From: an uncultured delta proteobacterium
Lineage (GTDB): Bacteria > Desulfobacterota > Binatia > UBA9968
Length of the DNA stretch: 64,000 nt
Assembly: GCA_963727625.1 (NCBI GenBank)
Contig: CAVSHR010000003.1
Coordinates: forward strand, 1-64,000
Direction of reading: 5' to 3'
Positions 30,733 to 40,524 of the stretch are shown piece after piece; the first letter of the stretch is position 1, and each line of letters begins with the position of its first letter. A program made the translations under genes and the position numbers. Below the pieces are notes generated by a model that ran no database searches, had not been told where the DNA came from, and was given only the letters and a program-made list of their open reading frames with translations.

Positions 30733-31116
30733 TTATGGACAAGAAGGACCGGCGATTTGGCCATTGCCGCTACTAAACGTCCACGTTACACTGCTACAGT
30801 TGCTATGACTGGCAGATAACTGAAACGTATTCGTACCGACGGTCGAACCTACAGAAACATTAGTCGTCGCGTTAAATCCTGCCGGGGTACCGGACGTAAG
30901 CGCACCAGATAAGTATGTGGAGTTCTGCGCGAAGTAAGACTCCTCCGCCACCGCTGCGTTTCTCAGGTCGGACTTGACCTGTGCTTCGTAGCCGCGCTTT
31001 CTATAGGCGGCAAACTGCGGAATCGCGATGGCTGCCAAGATACCAATGATGGCTACGACCACCAACAATTCGATCAACGTAAAACCGGACTCACTCTGTA
31101 ATCTCAATCTATTCAT
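30733..31116 (-). CDS. pilA: Type IVa major pilin
   Basis: Leader MNRLRLQSESG|FTLIELLVVVAIIGILAAIAIPQF; C-terminal Cys pair. Confidence 0.93.
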   Translation of the reverse strand: MNRLRLQSESGFTLIELLVVVAIIGILAAIAIPQFAAYRKRGYEAQVKSDLRNAAVAEESYFAQNSTYLSGALTSGTPAGFNATTNVSVGSTVGTNTFQLSASHSNCSSVTWTFSSGNGQIAGPSCP

Positions 31117-31296
31117 GTTTCGATCTCTTCCTTTCCCAGTTTTTGTTCTTTTTCTCGTTCTCGTCCTGATCACTAATCTATGACTTCTGACATTTCCTAA
31201 TCTTAAACTAGCCCATCTCGTCAAATTTGCTCTTTACCCTCACCCCTTTCTTTATAAAATCACACCAGGTTTTTTAAAACGTTGAAACGCCTATTG

Positions 31297-31312
31297 AGCA
31301 AAAGCAGGGCCA
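31297..31312 (-). promoter_or_regulatory. sigma54 promoter of pilA
   Basis: TGGCCCTGCTTTTGCT (GG-N10-GC). Confidence 0.75.
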
Positions 31313-31495
31313 GCAAAGTGTCCCGCTTAGTTGTCACGTTCTGGACTCAATCTAACCAGGAAAAGCGGCGTGAGATAAGCAAAAACTCTCGGTATTTTAA
31401 TAGCTTATAAATCTGATGAGGACGTGACAATCAGATCGCGTCGAAGCACGGGAAAATACTAAAGTACGACGTTTTGTTACTATCGGGCCGCGTAG

Positions 31496-31512
31496 GTGAC
31501 AAACTTTGTCAC
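31496..31512. promoter_or_regulatory. Perfect palindrome, candidate activator (UAS) site for pilA
   Basis: GTGACAAA-C-TTTGTCAC ~185 bp upstream of the -24 element; half-sites also near 31331 and 31424. Confidence 0.55.
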
Positions 31513-33620
31513 TGCGGTTCGTCGGGTTGCTCAGCGATTGAATCAGCTTTTGAACTGATCAAATCATACTTTTCCAGGCGGTGGCGTAGTGATCGGTAGT
31601 TGATGCCGAGAATCTCGGCGGCTCGTTTCTGCACCCCGTTGGCCCGCCTCAGAGCGCTGACCAAGATGCTTTTTTCGTGGGTTTCAAGCTCCGTGTCCAG
31701 CGACACGCCTTTGCTGAAAAAGGTCTCGGCGTGCACTGGCGCCGATGGAGCAACCGCCTCGTCGCCATTTTCCGATGCCTGGGAATTACGCACATGTTGT
31801 GGCAGATCTTCCTCGGTAAGAATATTCGTTGCGGTGACGGCCACCGCATGCTCGATGATGTTTTCCAATTCCCGGACATTTCCCGGATAGGCGTAACTCA
31901 TGAGTTGAATCAACGCAGCGCTGGAAAGTTCCTCGACCTTTTTGTCGTGGGAGTCAGCAAATTTCCGCAAGAAGTAATGCGCGAGCGCAGGTAGATCTTC
32001 TTTTCTATCGCGGAGCGGCGGCATGACCATCTGGACCACGTTCAGCCGATAAAAGAGATCTTCACGAAATCGGCCTTCCTCAAGTTCCTTACGCAAGTCT
32101 TTGTTGGTCGCGGAAATAATCCTTACATCGACTTTAACCGGTTTGCTGCCGCCTACAGGGGTGAAGCTCTTTTCTTGAAGAACTCTGAGGAGCTTCACTT
32201 GAAGGTGCAGCGGCAACTCGGCTACTTCATCCAAAAAAATAGTTCCTTGGTCGGCTTGTTTGAACAGGCCGGTGTGATCGGATACGGCGCCGGTGAAGGC
32301 GCCGCGCGCATGGCCGAAGAGCTCGCTTTCGATCAGGGTTTCCGGAATCGCTCCGCAATTGACGGCGACAAAGGGTTTATTTTCCCTGCGCCCATTGAGA
32401 TGAATGGCGCGGGCCACCAGTTCTTTGCCGGTGCCGCTCTCACCGGTGATGAGCACGTTGGTGCTGGTCGTCGCGACCTTTTGAATCAACTGATAAATTT
32501 TTTCGATTCCGCCGCTTTTCCCGATCACACCCTCGAAATGAAAATCTTCAGGCCCGTTTCCCGCTGCGCTCGGTTTGAACTCAACCTCCCGGCCGCGCCG
32601 CAGTTCTTCTTCGATGCGCACTTTCTCTTCGATTTGCTTTTGCTTGGTGATGTCTTCAAAGATCGAGACAAAACCGATCAATTCCTGATTCGCGTTATTG
32701 AGCGGCGCAACCGTGAGGCGAATTTGTTTGGGGATTCCAGAGGTCGCGCCAAACGAAAGTTCGTCGGTCACCACAACGGCCGCATCACGATGACGCCGGA
32801 AGTCATAGCCGAGTCCGGGAAATATTTGATCCAACCGTTTGCCCTTCACGCTCGCTTCATCGAGTAATGTCAAAGCCTGGGCTTGGCCGTTAAAATAAGT
32901 GATCTGTCCGTTCTGATCGGTGATCGCCACGCCGCTGCCGATCCCTTGGAGGAGCGCGTCTTTGAAAGCGTCCAAATCACGGTAGTCGTCCTGCTTTGCC
33001 CTGAGCATTTTTTCCGTTTCGCTCAGCTTGTTGGTTAGGAAACCGCTCAGCCAGGCAATCACAAAGAAACTGCCGATGCTCTGCACGATTGGGAACAGCG
33101 CTGACCGAGTAAAGACGATGCCATTTCCAGGATTCGCGAATCCCGACCAGATGAGCAACCCGGCGTAGGCCAAACCGGAGCATCCTGCGGCGAAAAACGC
33201 GCCGCGGTAAAAAAGCAAAATCGCCCCGTTCATGACGGCAAGATTGTAAAGAAATGAAAACGGGCTGGCGACATCGCCGGTTATCCAGATAATGCCGGAA
33301 ATTAGAATGACGTCAAAACAGACTTGCGCGTGAGCGAATGGACGAAGATCGGTAACTCGCGGCAAGAGTAGAGCCGAGCCAATGGAAATCGCATAGGCGA
33401 GGATTAGCGGAATAGAGAGATCGAAGAGATACCGCAGATCTCCCTCGGTCTTTAAAAAATGAAATAGTGCGGTTGCGCCCAAGAAAAAGGATACGATGAC
33501 CACGCGCAGAAGCAGTAGCCAGTGAATCTTCTCGGAGAGCTCTTTATTTTCGTCGCTCAAAGTTTCCAGCTTATCGGGGAACCAGTTAGCCGTGACGACA
33601 TTGGCTAGACTTGGAATCAC
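31509..33620 (-). CDS. PilS(TM+PAS)-PilR(AAA+/HTH) fusion; one-component membrane-bound sigma54 activator
   Basis: PilS-like 6-TM N-terminus ('WLLLLRVV', 'ITGDVASPFSFLY'), PAS ('ITDQNGQITYFN...FEDIT'), then 'GESGTGKE', 'ESELFGHARGAFTGA', 'FLDEV', 'FREDLFYRLNV', Fis-type HTH; no H-box, HATPase or REC. Confidence 0.88.
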   Translation of the reverse strand: MIPSLANVVTANWFPDKLETLSDENKELSEKIHWLLLLRVVIVSFFLGATALFHFLKTEGDLRYLFDLSIPLILAYAISIGSALLLPRVTDLRPFAHAQVCFDVILISGIIWITGDVASPFSFLYNLAVMNGAILLFYRGAFFAAGCSGLAYAGLLIWSGFANPGNGIVFTRSALFPIVQSIGSFFVIAWLSGFLTNKLSETEKMLRAKQDDYRDLDAFKDALLQGIGSGVAITDQNGQITYFNGQAQALTLLDEASVKGKRLDQIFPGLGYDFRRHRDAAVVVTDELSFGATSGIPKQIRLTVAPLNNANQELIGFVSIFEDITKQKQIEEKVRIEEELRRGREVEFKPSAAGNGPEDFHFEGVIGKSGGIEKIYQLIQKVATTSTNVLITGESGTGKELVARAIHLNGRRENKPFVAVNCGAIPETLIESELFGHARGAFTGAVSDHTGLFKQADQGTIFLDEVAELPLHLQVKLLRVLQEKSFTPVGGSKPVKVDVRIISATNKDLRKELEEGRFREDLFYRLNVVQMVMPPLRDRKEDLPALAHYFLRKFADSHDKKVEELSSAALIQLMSYAYPGNVRELENIIEHAVAVTATNILTEEDLPQHVRNSQASENGDEAVAPSAPVHAETFFSKGVSLDTELETHEKSILVSALRRANGVQKRAAEILGINYRSLRHRLEKYDLISSKADSIAEQPDEPQ

Positions 33621-34843
33621 CCGCCTACCAAGGACCCCATTTGGAATATCGGCAGATACATGGCGATGACCAAGCCGCCCAAAACCACGCCGAGGACCAC
33701 CATGATCATCGGCTCCATCATCGCGGTGAGATTGTTCACTGCGTCGTCAACCTCTTCTTCGTAGAGCTCCGCCACCTTTTTGAGCATGGTGTCGAGACCG
33801 CCGGTACTTTCCCCCACTGCGACCATTTGACAAACCAATGGCGGAAAAATTTTGCTGTCCCGCAGCGGCTCGGCAACCGTTTTTCCCTGGCTGATGCTGA
33901 CGCGGCTCTCCATGATCGCTTTTTCAACGACTTTATTACCGGCGGTCTTCCCGGTGATCGCCAGGCCGTCCAAAATCGGCACGCCCGAGCTCAGCAGAAG
34001 AGCCATGTTTTGGCAAAATCGCGCAACGGCCACCTTTCTTAACACATCTCCGATGATCGGCATGCGAAGCAGTAGGCGATCGATGTTCATGTGGCCCTGC
34101 GGCGTTTTGTAATAGTAGGAAATCGACATGAATACACCGACGCCGGCAGCGATTAAGACCCACCAGTAGGCGACGAACCAGTTGCTAATATTGATGCAAA
34201 TTTGCGTCGGCAGAGGAAGCGCCTGGCCCATACTGCCATACAGTTCCGCAAACACCGGGATGACGAAGATCATCAAGACCGCGACGACGATCACGGCTAC
34301 GCCGACGATGGCGCAGGGGTAGATCATGGCCCCTTTGACTTTTTTCTTGAGCCGGTTGGCTTTTTCGATGAACAAAGCAATCCGGTTGAGGATCGTATTT
34401 AAAATACCGCCGGCTTCACCGGCTTCGACCATGTTCACATAAAGATCGTCGAAGATCTTCGGATGTTTTCGCAGCGCGTCCGCGAAGGTAGAGCCGCCCT
34501 CGACGTCGGATTTAATCGTGTTAAGTGTTTTGCAAAGAAGCTTACTTTCAGACTGTTGCGCCAAAATATCTAAACACTGCACGATCGGCAGACCGGCATC
34601 GATCATGGTGGCCAACTGACGAGTGGCGAGCGACAAATCTTTCGTCGTGACTTTGTCGCCGAACCCGGGTATCGAGATCTCTCTTTCTAGCCCTTTACCT
34701 TTTTCCCGAACCCGGCTTGGAATCGGGCGAATTCTCTGCTCGCGTAGCCGCGCCAGGGCAGCGTCCAAATTCGGCGCTTCGAGATTATCGCCCTTGACCA
34801 ACCTGCCCTGAGCGGTTCTGCCTTCCCACACAAATGTCGTCAT
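33617..34843 (-). CDS. pilC: Type IV pilus platform protein
   Basis: 'RQLATMIDAGLP', 'AGEAGG.L', 'GAMIYP', 'MEP...MYLPIF'. Confidence 0.95.
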   Translation of the reverse strand: MTTFVWEGRTAQGRLVKGDNLEAPNLDAALARLREQRIRPIPSRVREKGKGLEREISIPGFGDKVTTKDLSLATRQLATMIDAGLPIVQCLDILAQQSESKLLCKTLNTIKSDVEGGSTFADALRKHPKIFDDLYVNMVEAGEAGGILNTILNRIALFIEKANRLKKKVKGAMIYPCAIVGVAVIVVAVLMIFVIPVFAELYGSMGQALPLPTQICINISNWFVAYWWVLIAAGVGVFMSISYYYKTPQGHMNIDRLLLRMPIIGDVLRKVAVARFCQNMALLLSSGVPILDGLAITGKTAGNKVVEKAIMESRVSISQGKTVAEPLRDSKIFPPLVCQMVAVGESTGGLDTMLKKVAELYEEEVDDAVNNLTAMMEPMIMVVLGVVLGGLVIAMYLPIFQMGSLVGG

Positions 34844-34940
34844 AATTTCTTTCGTCCCGATAATTCGCTTGTTCGGCTACCTCATCCCCGACTGCTCCAG
34901 TCAATTTTACCCGTTGACATTGGCGAATCTGCCAACGCGA

Positions 34941-36668
34941 TCAAAATCCCAAAGAAAACACCGAGCCAAAACCCTTGTCGGTATCGGTTACTCGGATAGT
35001 TTCGTCGACGGTCGTTAATCCCTGGCGAACTTTATGTAGCGCGCTCATTCGCAACGTGCTCATGCCAAGCTTGACGGCTTCGCGTTTGAGCTCCATCGCA
35101 GAAGCTCTCTTCAGGATCATCTCGCGGATTGGCTCGTGCATCACCATGACTTCATAGATTGCCAAACGGCCGCGATAGCCGGTGTTGTTGCAATTGTTGC
35201 AACCCCGGCCGTGAAAGGTCGGAAATCCTGAGCTGATTTCCGCGGAATCCACGCCTAGGTTAAGTAAAACCTCGGCCTTGACTTCAATCGGTTCCTTACA
35301 ATGGTCGCAGATTTTGCGCACCAGTCGTTGAGCGAGAATCAAATTGATCGACGAAGTCAATAAAAACGTTTCGACACCCATGTTGAGCAGGCGGTCCACG
35401 GTCGCCGGACAGTCGTTGGTATGGAGGGTGCTGAGAACAAGATGGCCTGTCAAGGCCGCTTTGATGGCAATCTGAGCGGTTTCTAAATCGCGGACCTCGC
35501 CGACCATGATAATATCGGGATCTTGGCGCAGGAACGAGCGCAGACATGCGGCAAAATCGAGACCGATCTGCTCTTTGACTTGGACTTGATTGATGCCGAC
35601 CAAATTATATTCAACAGGATCTTCGGCCGTGGAAATATTCACATCCGGTTTGTTGAGTTCCGAAAGCGCGGAATAAAGCGTGGTCGATTTGCCGCTCCCG
35701 GTCGGACCGGTGATGAGAATCATGCCGTAGGGCTTATGAATGGCTTCTTGAAAGTCTTTCAAGTTTTGCGGATCGAAGCCAAGTTTAGCCATATCCAATT
35801 GTAAATTGGACTTATCGAGCAACCGCATCACGACCTTTTCGCCAAACAGCGTCGGCAATATGGAGACGCGAATATCCAGCTCGCCACCCATGCCCATTTT
35901 AAGCTTGATGCGGCCATCCTGGGTGAGCCGCCGTTCGGCGATGTCCAATCCGGCCATCACTTTGAGCCGGGAGACCAGCGCGTTTTTGAGCCGCAACGGC
36001 GGACTCATGATTTCCTGCAACACCCCGTCGATGCGAAAACGCACTCGAAAGATTTTTTCGTAGGGCTCGATATGAATATCGCTGCAGCCCCGCTTGGCTG
36101 CGTCGGCGAGGATGGCGTTGACCAGCGTCACCACCGGCGCATCCATGGTGGCTTGCTGCAGTTCCTGGAGGTTGACGTCGTCGCTTTCTTGGACGACCTC
36201 CATTTCACCGGCACCGAACTTTTTTAAGACATCGTCGTAGCTAACGCCGCCGAAGCGATGCTCAAGTGTCTTCTTGATGTTCGACGGCGTAGCCAAGACC
36301 ACTCGCACGCCGTAACCGGTAACGAATTTGACTTCGTTGATGGCCACCAGATCCGTCGGGTCGGACATCGCGACTGTTACAGTCGAGCCCGTGAGTTTGT
36401 ACGGTACGAGTTGATGTTTTTGGACGATCTGTGGCGGGACCAGGCTAAAAACGGCGTCTTCAATGTCGCCTGGGACTAGTTCGACTGCTTCGATGCCAAA
36501 TTGGTTACCGAGAAACTGGGTAAGTTTTTCTTCGTTTGTGAAGCCAAGTTTAACGATTTCTTTGGCGACGCTGGAGCCGTTTTCTCGCTCGCATTTTTGC
36601 GCTTCAGCGAGCTGTTCACGCGAAACTAGCCCGCCCTTTACCAAAAGTTCCGCAAAACGTGGTTCCAT
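34941..36668 (-). CDS. pilB: Type IV pilus extension ATPase
   Basis: 'SDIHIEP', 'GPTGSGKSTT', 'EDPVE', 'LRQDPDIIMVGEVRD', two CxxC. Confidence 0.95.
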   Translation of the reverse strand: MEPRFAELLVKGGLVSREQLAEAQKCERENGSSVAKEIVKLGFTNEEKLTQFLGNQFGIEAVELVPGDIEDAVFSLVPPQIVQKHQLVPYKLTGSTVTVAMSDPTDLVAINEVKFVTGYGVRVVLATPSNIKKTLEHRFGGVSYDDVLKKFGAGEMEVVQESDDVNLQELQQATMDAPVVTLVNAILADAAKRGCSDIHIEPYEKIFRVRFRIDGVLQEIMSPPLRLKNALVSRLKVMAGLDIAERRLTQDGRIKLKMGMGGELDIRVSILPTLFGEKVVMRLLDKSNLQLDMAKLGFDPQNLKDFQEAIHKPYGMILITGPTGSGKSTTLYSALSELNKPDVNISTAEDPVEYNLVGINQVQVKEQIGLDFAACLRSFLRQDPDIIMVGEVRDLETAQIAIKAALTGHLVLSTLHTNDCPATVDRLLNMGVETFLLTSSINLILAQRLVRKICDHCKEPIEVKAEVLLNLGVDSAEISSGFPTFHGRGCNNCNNTGYRGRLAIYEVMVMHEPIREMILKRASAMELKREAVKLGMSTLRMSALHKVRQGLTTVDETIRVTDTDKGFGSVFSLGF

Positions 36669-36795
36669 AAACTTCTACGAAGAGAACTAAATTATCGTAG
36701 ATCGCTCTCAGCCTGTCAACAAATTCTACCATGAGTTACCGGCAATGACTCGTGTTTTATTCTTCTACAAAATAAGATATAAATTATTGTAATGA

Positions 36796-39516
36796 TTATC
36801 TTTTTTTACTTAAAGCCGCCCGTGCTGCTGCAAGTTTAGCGATGGCGACACGATAGGGTGAGCAGCTCACGTAAGTCAGCCCAATATCGTGACAAAAGGC
36901 TACTGATTGGGGATCGCCGCCATGCTCGCCGCAGATTCCCATTTCCAAATCTTTACGGGTTTTTCGTCCCTTAGCCACAGCAATTCGCATGAGCTCGCCG
37001 ACGCCGGCTTGATCAATGCTGACAAAAGGGTCTCGGGGCAACAATCCATGGAGCACGTAGATTGGTAAGAATTTCCCCGCGTCGTCCCGCGATAAGCCGA
37101 GACAAGTTTGTGTCAGATCATTTGTGCCGAAAGAGAAAAACTCGGCTTCCTCGGCAATTTCGTCAGCGACCATGCATGCGCGCGGCAGTTCGATCATGGT
37201 GCCAACTAAGTACCGAACCTTAACCCCGTAGGCTTTTTGCGTCTCACGGGCGACGCGCTCGACGATTGTCCTCTGTTCGTGCAACTCCTGGCGCGATCCG
37301 ACCAACGGGATCATGATTTCGGGAAACGGGTTCTTGCCATCGCGGCGCAGTTCGCAAGCGGCCTCGAAAATTGCCTGCGCCTGCATTTCGGTTATTTCCG
37401 GATAGGAGATTCCCAAGCGACAACCTCGATGGCCCAACATTGGGTTGAATTCGTGTAAAACATTCACTTTGTCGCGCAGCACGTCAACCGGCACACCCAT
37501 GACTTGCGCCAGCTCGACGATCTCGTCGTCGTTTTTCGGGAGAAACTCATGGAGCGGGGGATCGAGCGTGCGAATCGTCACGGGCAAACTTCCCATAATC
37601 TCGAGCAGGCCTTTAAAATCTTCTTTCTGCATCGGCAAGAGCTTGGCCAATGCGCGGCGCCGGCCGGCCTCATCATCGGCAAGAATCATCTCGCGCACGG
37701 CCTGGATGCGATCGCCGTGAAAAAACATATGCTCGGTGCGGCACAAACCGATTCCCTCGCTGCCAAAGGCCTTGGCGATGACCGCCTGGTCGGGTTGATC
37801 AGCGTTGGTGCGCACGCCAAGCGTGCGTACCTCATCCGCCCATTTCATCAGTTTGGCGAATTGTTGATAAATGCGCGACTCTTTGGGAGCCAACGAGCGC
37901 GCCAGCAGCACTTGCAGGACTTCAGACGGGAGCGTTTGAATCTCGCCTTGGTAAACCTCTCCCGTACTGCCGTCGATGGAAATCCAATCGCCTTCGTTAA
38001 GCTCGGTTCCATCGACTCTCAATATTCGCCGGATATGATCGATATGCAGCGCTTCACAACCTGCGACACATACTTTTCCCATCTGCCTTGCTACCAGCGC
38101 GGCATGCGAGGTCATGCCGCCTCGCGCTGTCAAAATTCCTTGGGCTGCATCCATGCCGCGGATATCGTCTGGACTGGTTTCAATACGACACAAGACGACC
38201 CGCTCACCGCGTTTTTTCCACTCGACTGCGTCTTCGGCATGAAACACGATACGCCCGGTAGCAGCGCCGGGACCGGCCGGCAACCCCATACCGAGCCGCC
38301 TTCCGGCTTGGAGCGCTTGTTCTTTCCATTTCTGGTCGAAGATCGGCCGCAGTAGCTGGTTTAACTGATCCGGTTCGATGCGCAGCAAAGCTTCTTTCTT
38401 ATCGATGATCCGCTCTTCCACCATGCCGACGGCGATTCGGATAGCGGCGAAGCCGGTACGCTTACCGTTGCGGGTTTGCAGCAACCATAATTTACCGTTC
38501 TCGATGGTGAACTCGACATCCTGCATCTCGCGGAAATGCTTCTCGATGGATTTGCACACACGCTGAAGCTGCTTGGCGGCTTCGGGCATGAACTGGCCGA
38601 GCTCGGCGATTGGCTTTGGGGTGCGAATGCCGGCGACAACGTCCTCCCCCTGAGCGTTGACGAGAAACTCGCCGTAGAGTTGTTTATCGCCGGTCGCGGG
38701 ATTGCGCGTGAAGGCTACCCCGGTGGCACAGTCATCACCCAGATTGCCGAAAACCATGGCCTGCACATTGACGGCGGTGCCCCAAGTATGGGGGATATGG
38801 TAGAGTTCTCGATAGGCGATCGCGCGGTCATTGTTCCAGGAACCGAACACTGCTCCGATTGCTCCCCACAGCTGGTCGCGCGGATCCTCGGGGAATTCGT
38901 TGCTCAAAGTTCTCTTAATCTCGGCTTTGTATTCCGCAACCAGTTCCTGTAAATCCGCAGCTTTGAGCTCCGTGTCGAGGCGGGCACCGCGGGCTTTTTT
39001 CTTGCGCTCGAGAATCGTCTCGAGCGGACCGACGGCGCCTTTCTCTTTCGGCTTAATGCCCATCACCACATCGGCGTACATCTGAATGAATCGGCGGTAA
39101 GAATCATAAACGAATCGGGGATTGCTCCTGCGCCGAATTAAGCTTTCCACGGTCTGATCATTGAGGCCCAGATTCAGTACCGTATCCATCATTCCGGGCA
39201 TGGATTCGCGCGCACCGGAGCGGACGGAAACTAACAGGGTATTTTCCGCATCGCCAAAGCGCCGGCCAAGAATTTTCTCGATGCGCCCCAGCGCTTCGAT
39301 CATTTGACCGGCGAGTTCCTTGGGGTAACGGTGTTCATGACTATCGTAATACTTGCAGACCTCGGTGGTGATCGTGAAACCGGGCGGAACCGGAATTCCG
39401 ATGCGAGTCATTTCATGCAGTCCGGCCCCTTTTCCGCCGAGTAGTTCGCGCATTTTGCCGTGACCATCGGCCTTACCTTTTCCAAAAAAGTAAACGAATT
39501 TTTTCTTCTTCGGCAT
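36796..39516 (-). CDS. ppdK: Pyruvate, phosphate dikinase
   Basis: 'LLGGKGA', 'SMPGMMDT', 'GGMTSHAA', 'GLCRTEHMF', 'SFGTNDLTQ', 'GICGEHGG'. Confidence 0.97.
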   Translation of the reverse strand: MPKKKKFVYFFGKGKADGHGKMRELLGGKGAGLHEMTRIGIPVPPGFTITTEVCKYYDSHEHRYPKELAGQMIEALGRIEKILGRRFGDAENTLLVSVRSGARESMPGMMDTVLNLGLNDQTVESLIRRRSNPRFVYDSYRRFIQMYADVVMGIKPKEKGAVGPLETILERKKKARGARLDTELKAADLQELVAEYKAEIKRTLSNEFPEDPRDQLWGAIGAVFGSWNNDRAIAYRELYHIPHTWGTAVNVQAMVFGNLGDDCATGVAFTRNPATGDKQLYGEFLVNAQGEDVVAGIRTPKPIAELGQFMPEAAKQLQRVCKSIEKHFREMQDVEFTIENGKLWLLQTRNGKRTGFAAIRIAVGMVEERIIDKKEALLRIEPDQLNQLLRPIFDQKWKEQALQAGRRLGMGLPAGPGAATGRIVFHAEDAVEWKKRGERVVLCRIETSPDDIRGMDAAQGILTARGGMTSHAALVARQMGKVCVAGCEALHIDHIRRILRVDGTELNEGDWISIDGSTGEVYQGEIQTLPSEVLQVLLARSLAPKESRIYQQFAKLMKWADEVRTLGVRTNADQPDQAVIAKAFGSEGIGLCRTEHMFFHGDRIQAVREMILADDEAGRRRALAKLLPMQKEDFKGLLEIMGSLPVTIRTLDPPLHEFLPKNDDEIVELAQVMGVPVDVLRDKVNVLHEFNPMLGHRGCRLGISYPEITEMQAQAIFEAACELRRDGKNPFPEIMIPLVGSRQELHEQRTIVERVARETQKAYGVKVRYLVGTMIELPRACMVADEIAEEAEFFSFGTNDLTQTCLGLSRDDAGKFLPIYVLHGLLPRDPFVSIDQAGVGELMRIAVAKGRKTRKDLEMGICGEHGGDPQSVAFCHDIGLTYVSCSPYRVAIAKLAAARAALSKKR

Positions 39517-39590
39517 GTTGCATGCTCCTCGTGGGGATGAGGCACAAATGCTTTGCGCGGCCGCCAAAAATCAAAAAGCCTATACATGAA

Positions 39591-40358
39591 TTATACGGAA
39601 GAGAAATTCTCAAGAAAGGGGGCTGACTTGATTTCTCGATCCATTTGAAACTGGATGAACCGCAACACTACAGAGCGAATTTGCTTCACCACCGACAGCG
39701 GGACCGACAAGCGCGGCGGTAAACCGTCGCCGCCAGACTGCAATGCCATTAAAATCTCGACGGCGGCGCTACTCAGCGGAAGAATCTCCCTGCAAGAACG
39801 CGAACAGGAATCGCACAGGATACCGCCGTCCAACGGACTGAAGTGCCATCGGGATACTGCCGCTTCGACGCGGTCTTTATGGCATTTTTTGCAGGTATCC
39901 AAAATCGGTTGATAACCCGTCAAGCGCAAAAGCTTGAGTTCAAATGAAGTGAGAAAGCGCAAGGAAGTACCGTTCTCCGCCAAATAACCGAGACCGTCTT
40001 TAAGATGGTGAAAAACCTCTGTGTTATCTTCCCGCTCTGCGCACAGTCCGTCGGTGATTTCAACCAAATAGGAGGCGTAGGAAATTCGCTCCAACGTGGT
40101 CGCCAACTGCCTGAAGCCGGAGATGAGATCGGCGCTCAGGATAAAAGCAAGATTACTGTGCGGACGATCTTGAAAGGAGAGATTGACCAAAGCAAAGGGC
40201 TCTAAAGAATTTACGAAGCGCTTGCGCGAGCGCATCGCTCCCTTAGCGATGCCGATAAGCTTCCCATAGTTTTCGGTAAAAAGGGAAACTATCTTGTCTG
40301 ATTCGCCAAACGGCCAAGTGCGTAACACTACCGCCGGAGAATATAGGCTAACACGCAT
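39591..40358 (-). CDS. recO: DNA repair protein RecO
   Basis: 'GESDKIV', 'AKGA.RSRKRF', 'FELKLL', CxxC...CxxC. Confidence 0.93.
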   Translation of the reverse strand: MRVSLYSPAVVLRTWPFGESDKIVSLFTENYGKLIGIAKGAMRSRKRFVNSLEPFALVNLSFQDRPHSNLAFILSADLISGFRQLATTLERISYASYLVEITDGLCAEREDNTEVFHHLKDGLGYLAENGTSLRFLTSFELKLLRLTGYQPILDTCKKCHKDRVEAAVSRWHFSPLDGGILCDSCSRSCREILPLSSAAVEILMALQSGGDGLPPRLSVPLSVVKQIRSVVLRFIQFQMDREIKSAPFLENFSSV

Positions 40359-40463
40359 GTTTATCGTTGCGACCGCCAGCTCTCAAATTGAGTGGGCACC
40401 TTAGCATTTTTTAATATTGCAGGCAACTATTTAAAATCACAAGGAAATCTTTGATACGGCAAC

Positions 40464-40492
40464 TTGACAGCGGAGCTTTTCGTGATTACGTT
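40464..40492 (+). promoter_or_regulatory. Putative promoter of grpE-dnaK-dnaJ
   Basis: TTGACA-N17-TACGTT. Confidence 0.6.
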
Positions 40493-40524
40493 TGCGGCAC
40501 TAAAGTTGGGAGAGATGCTCAGTC

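Noticed and set aside
40493-40520. CIRCE-like GCGGCACTA-N9-GAGATGCTC before grpE
   Set aside because: Too many mismatches to TTAGCACTC-N9-GAGTGCTAA, and no hrcA nearby.
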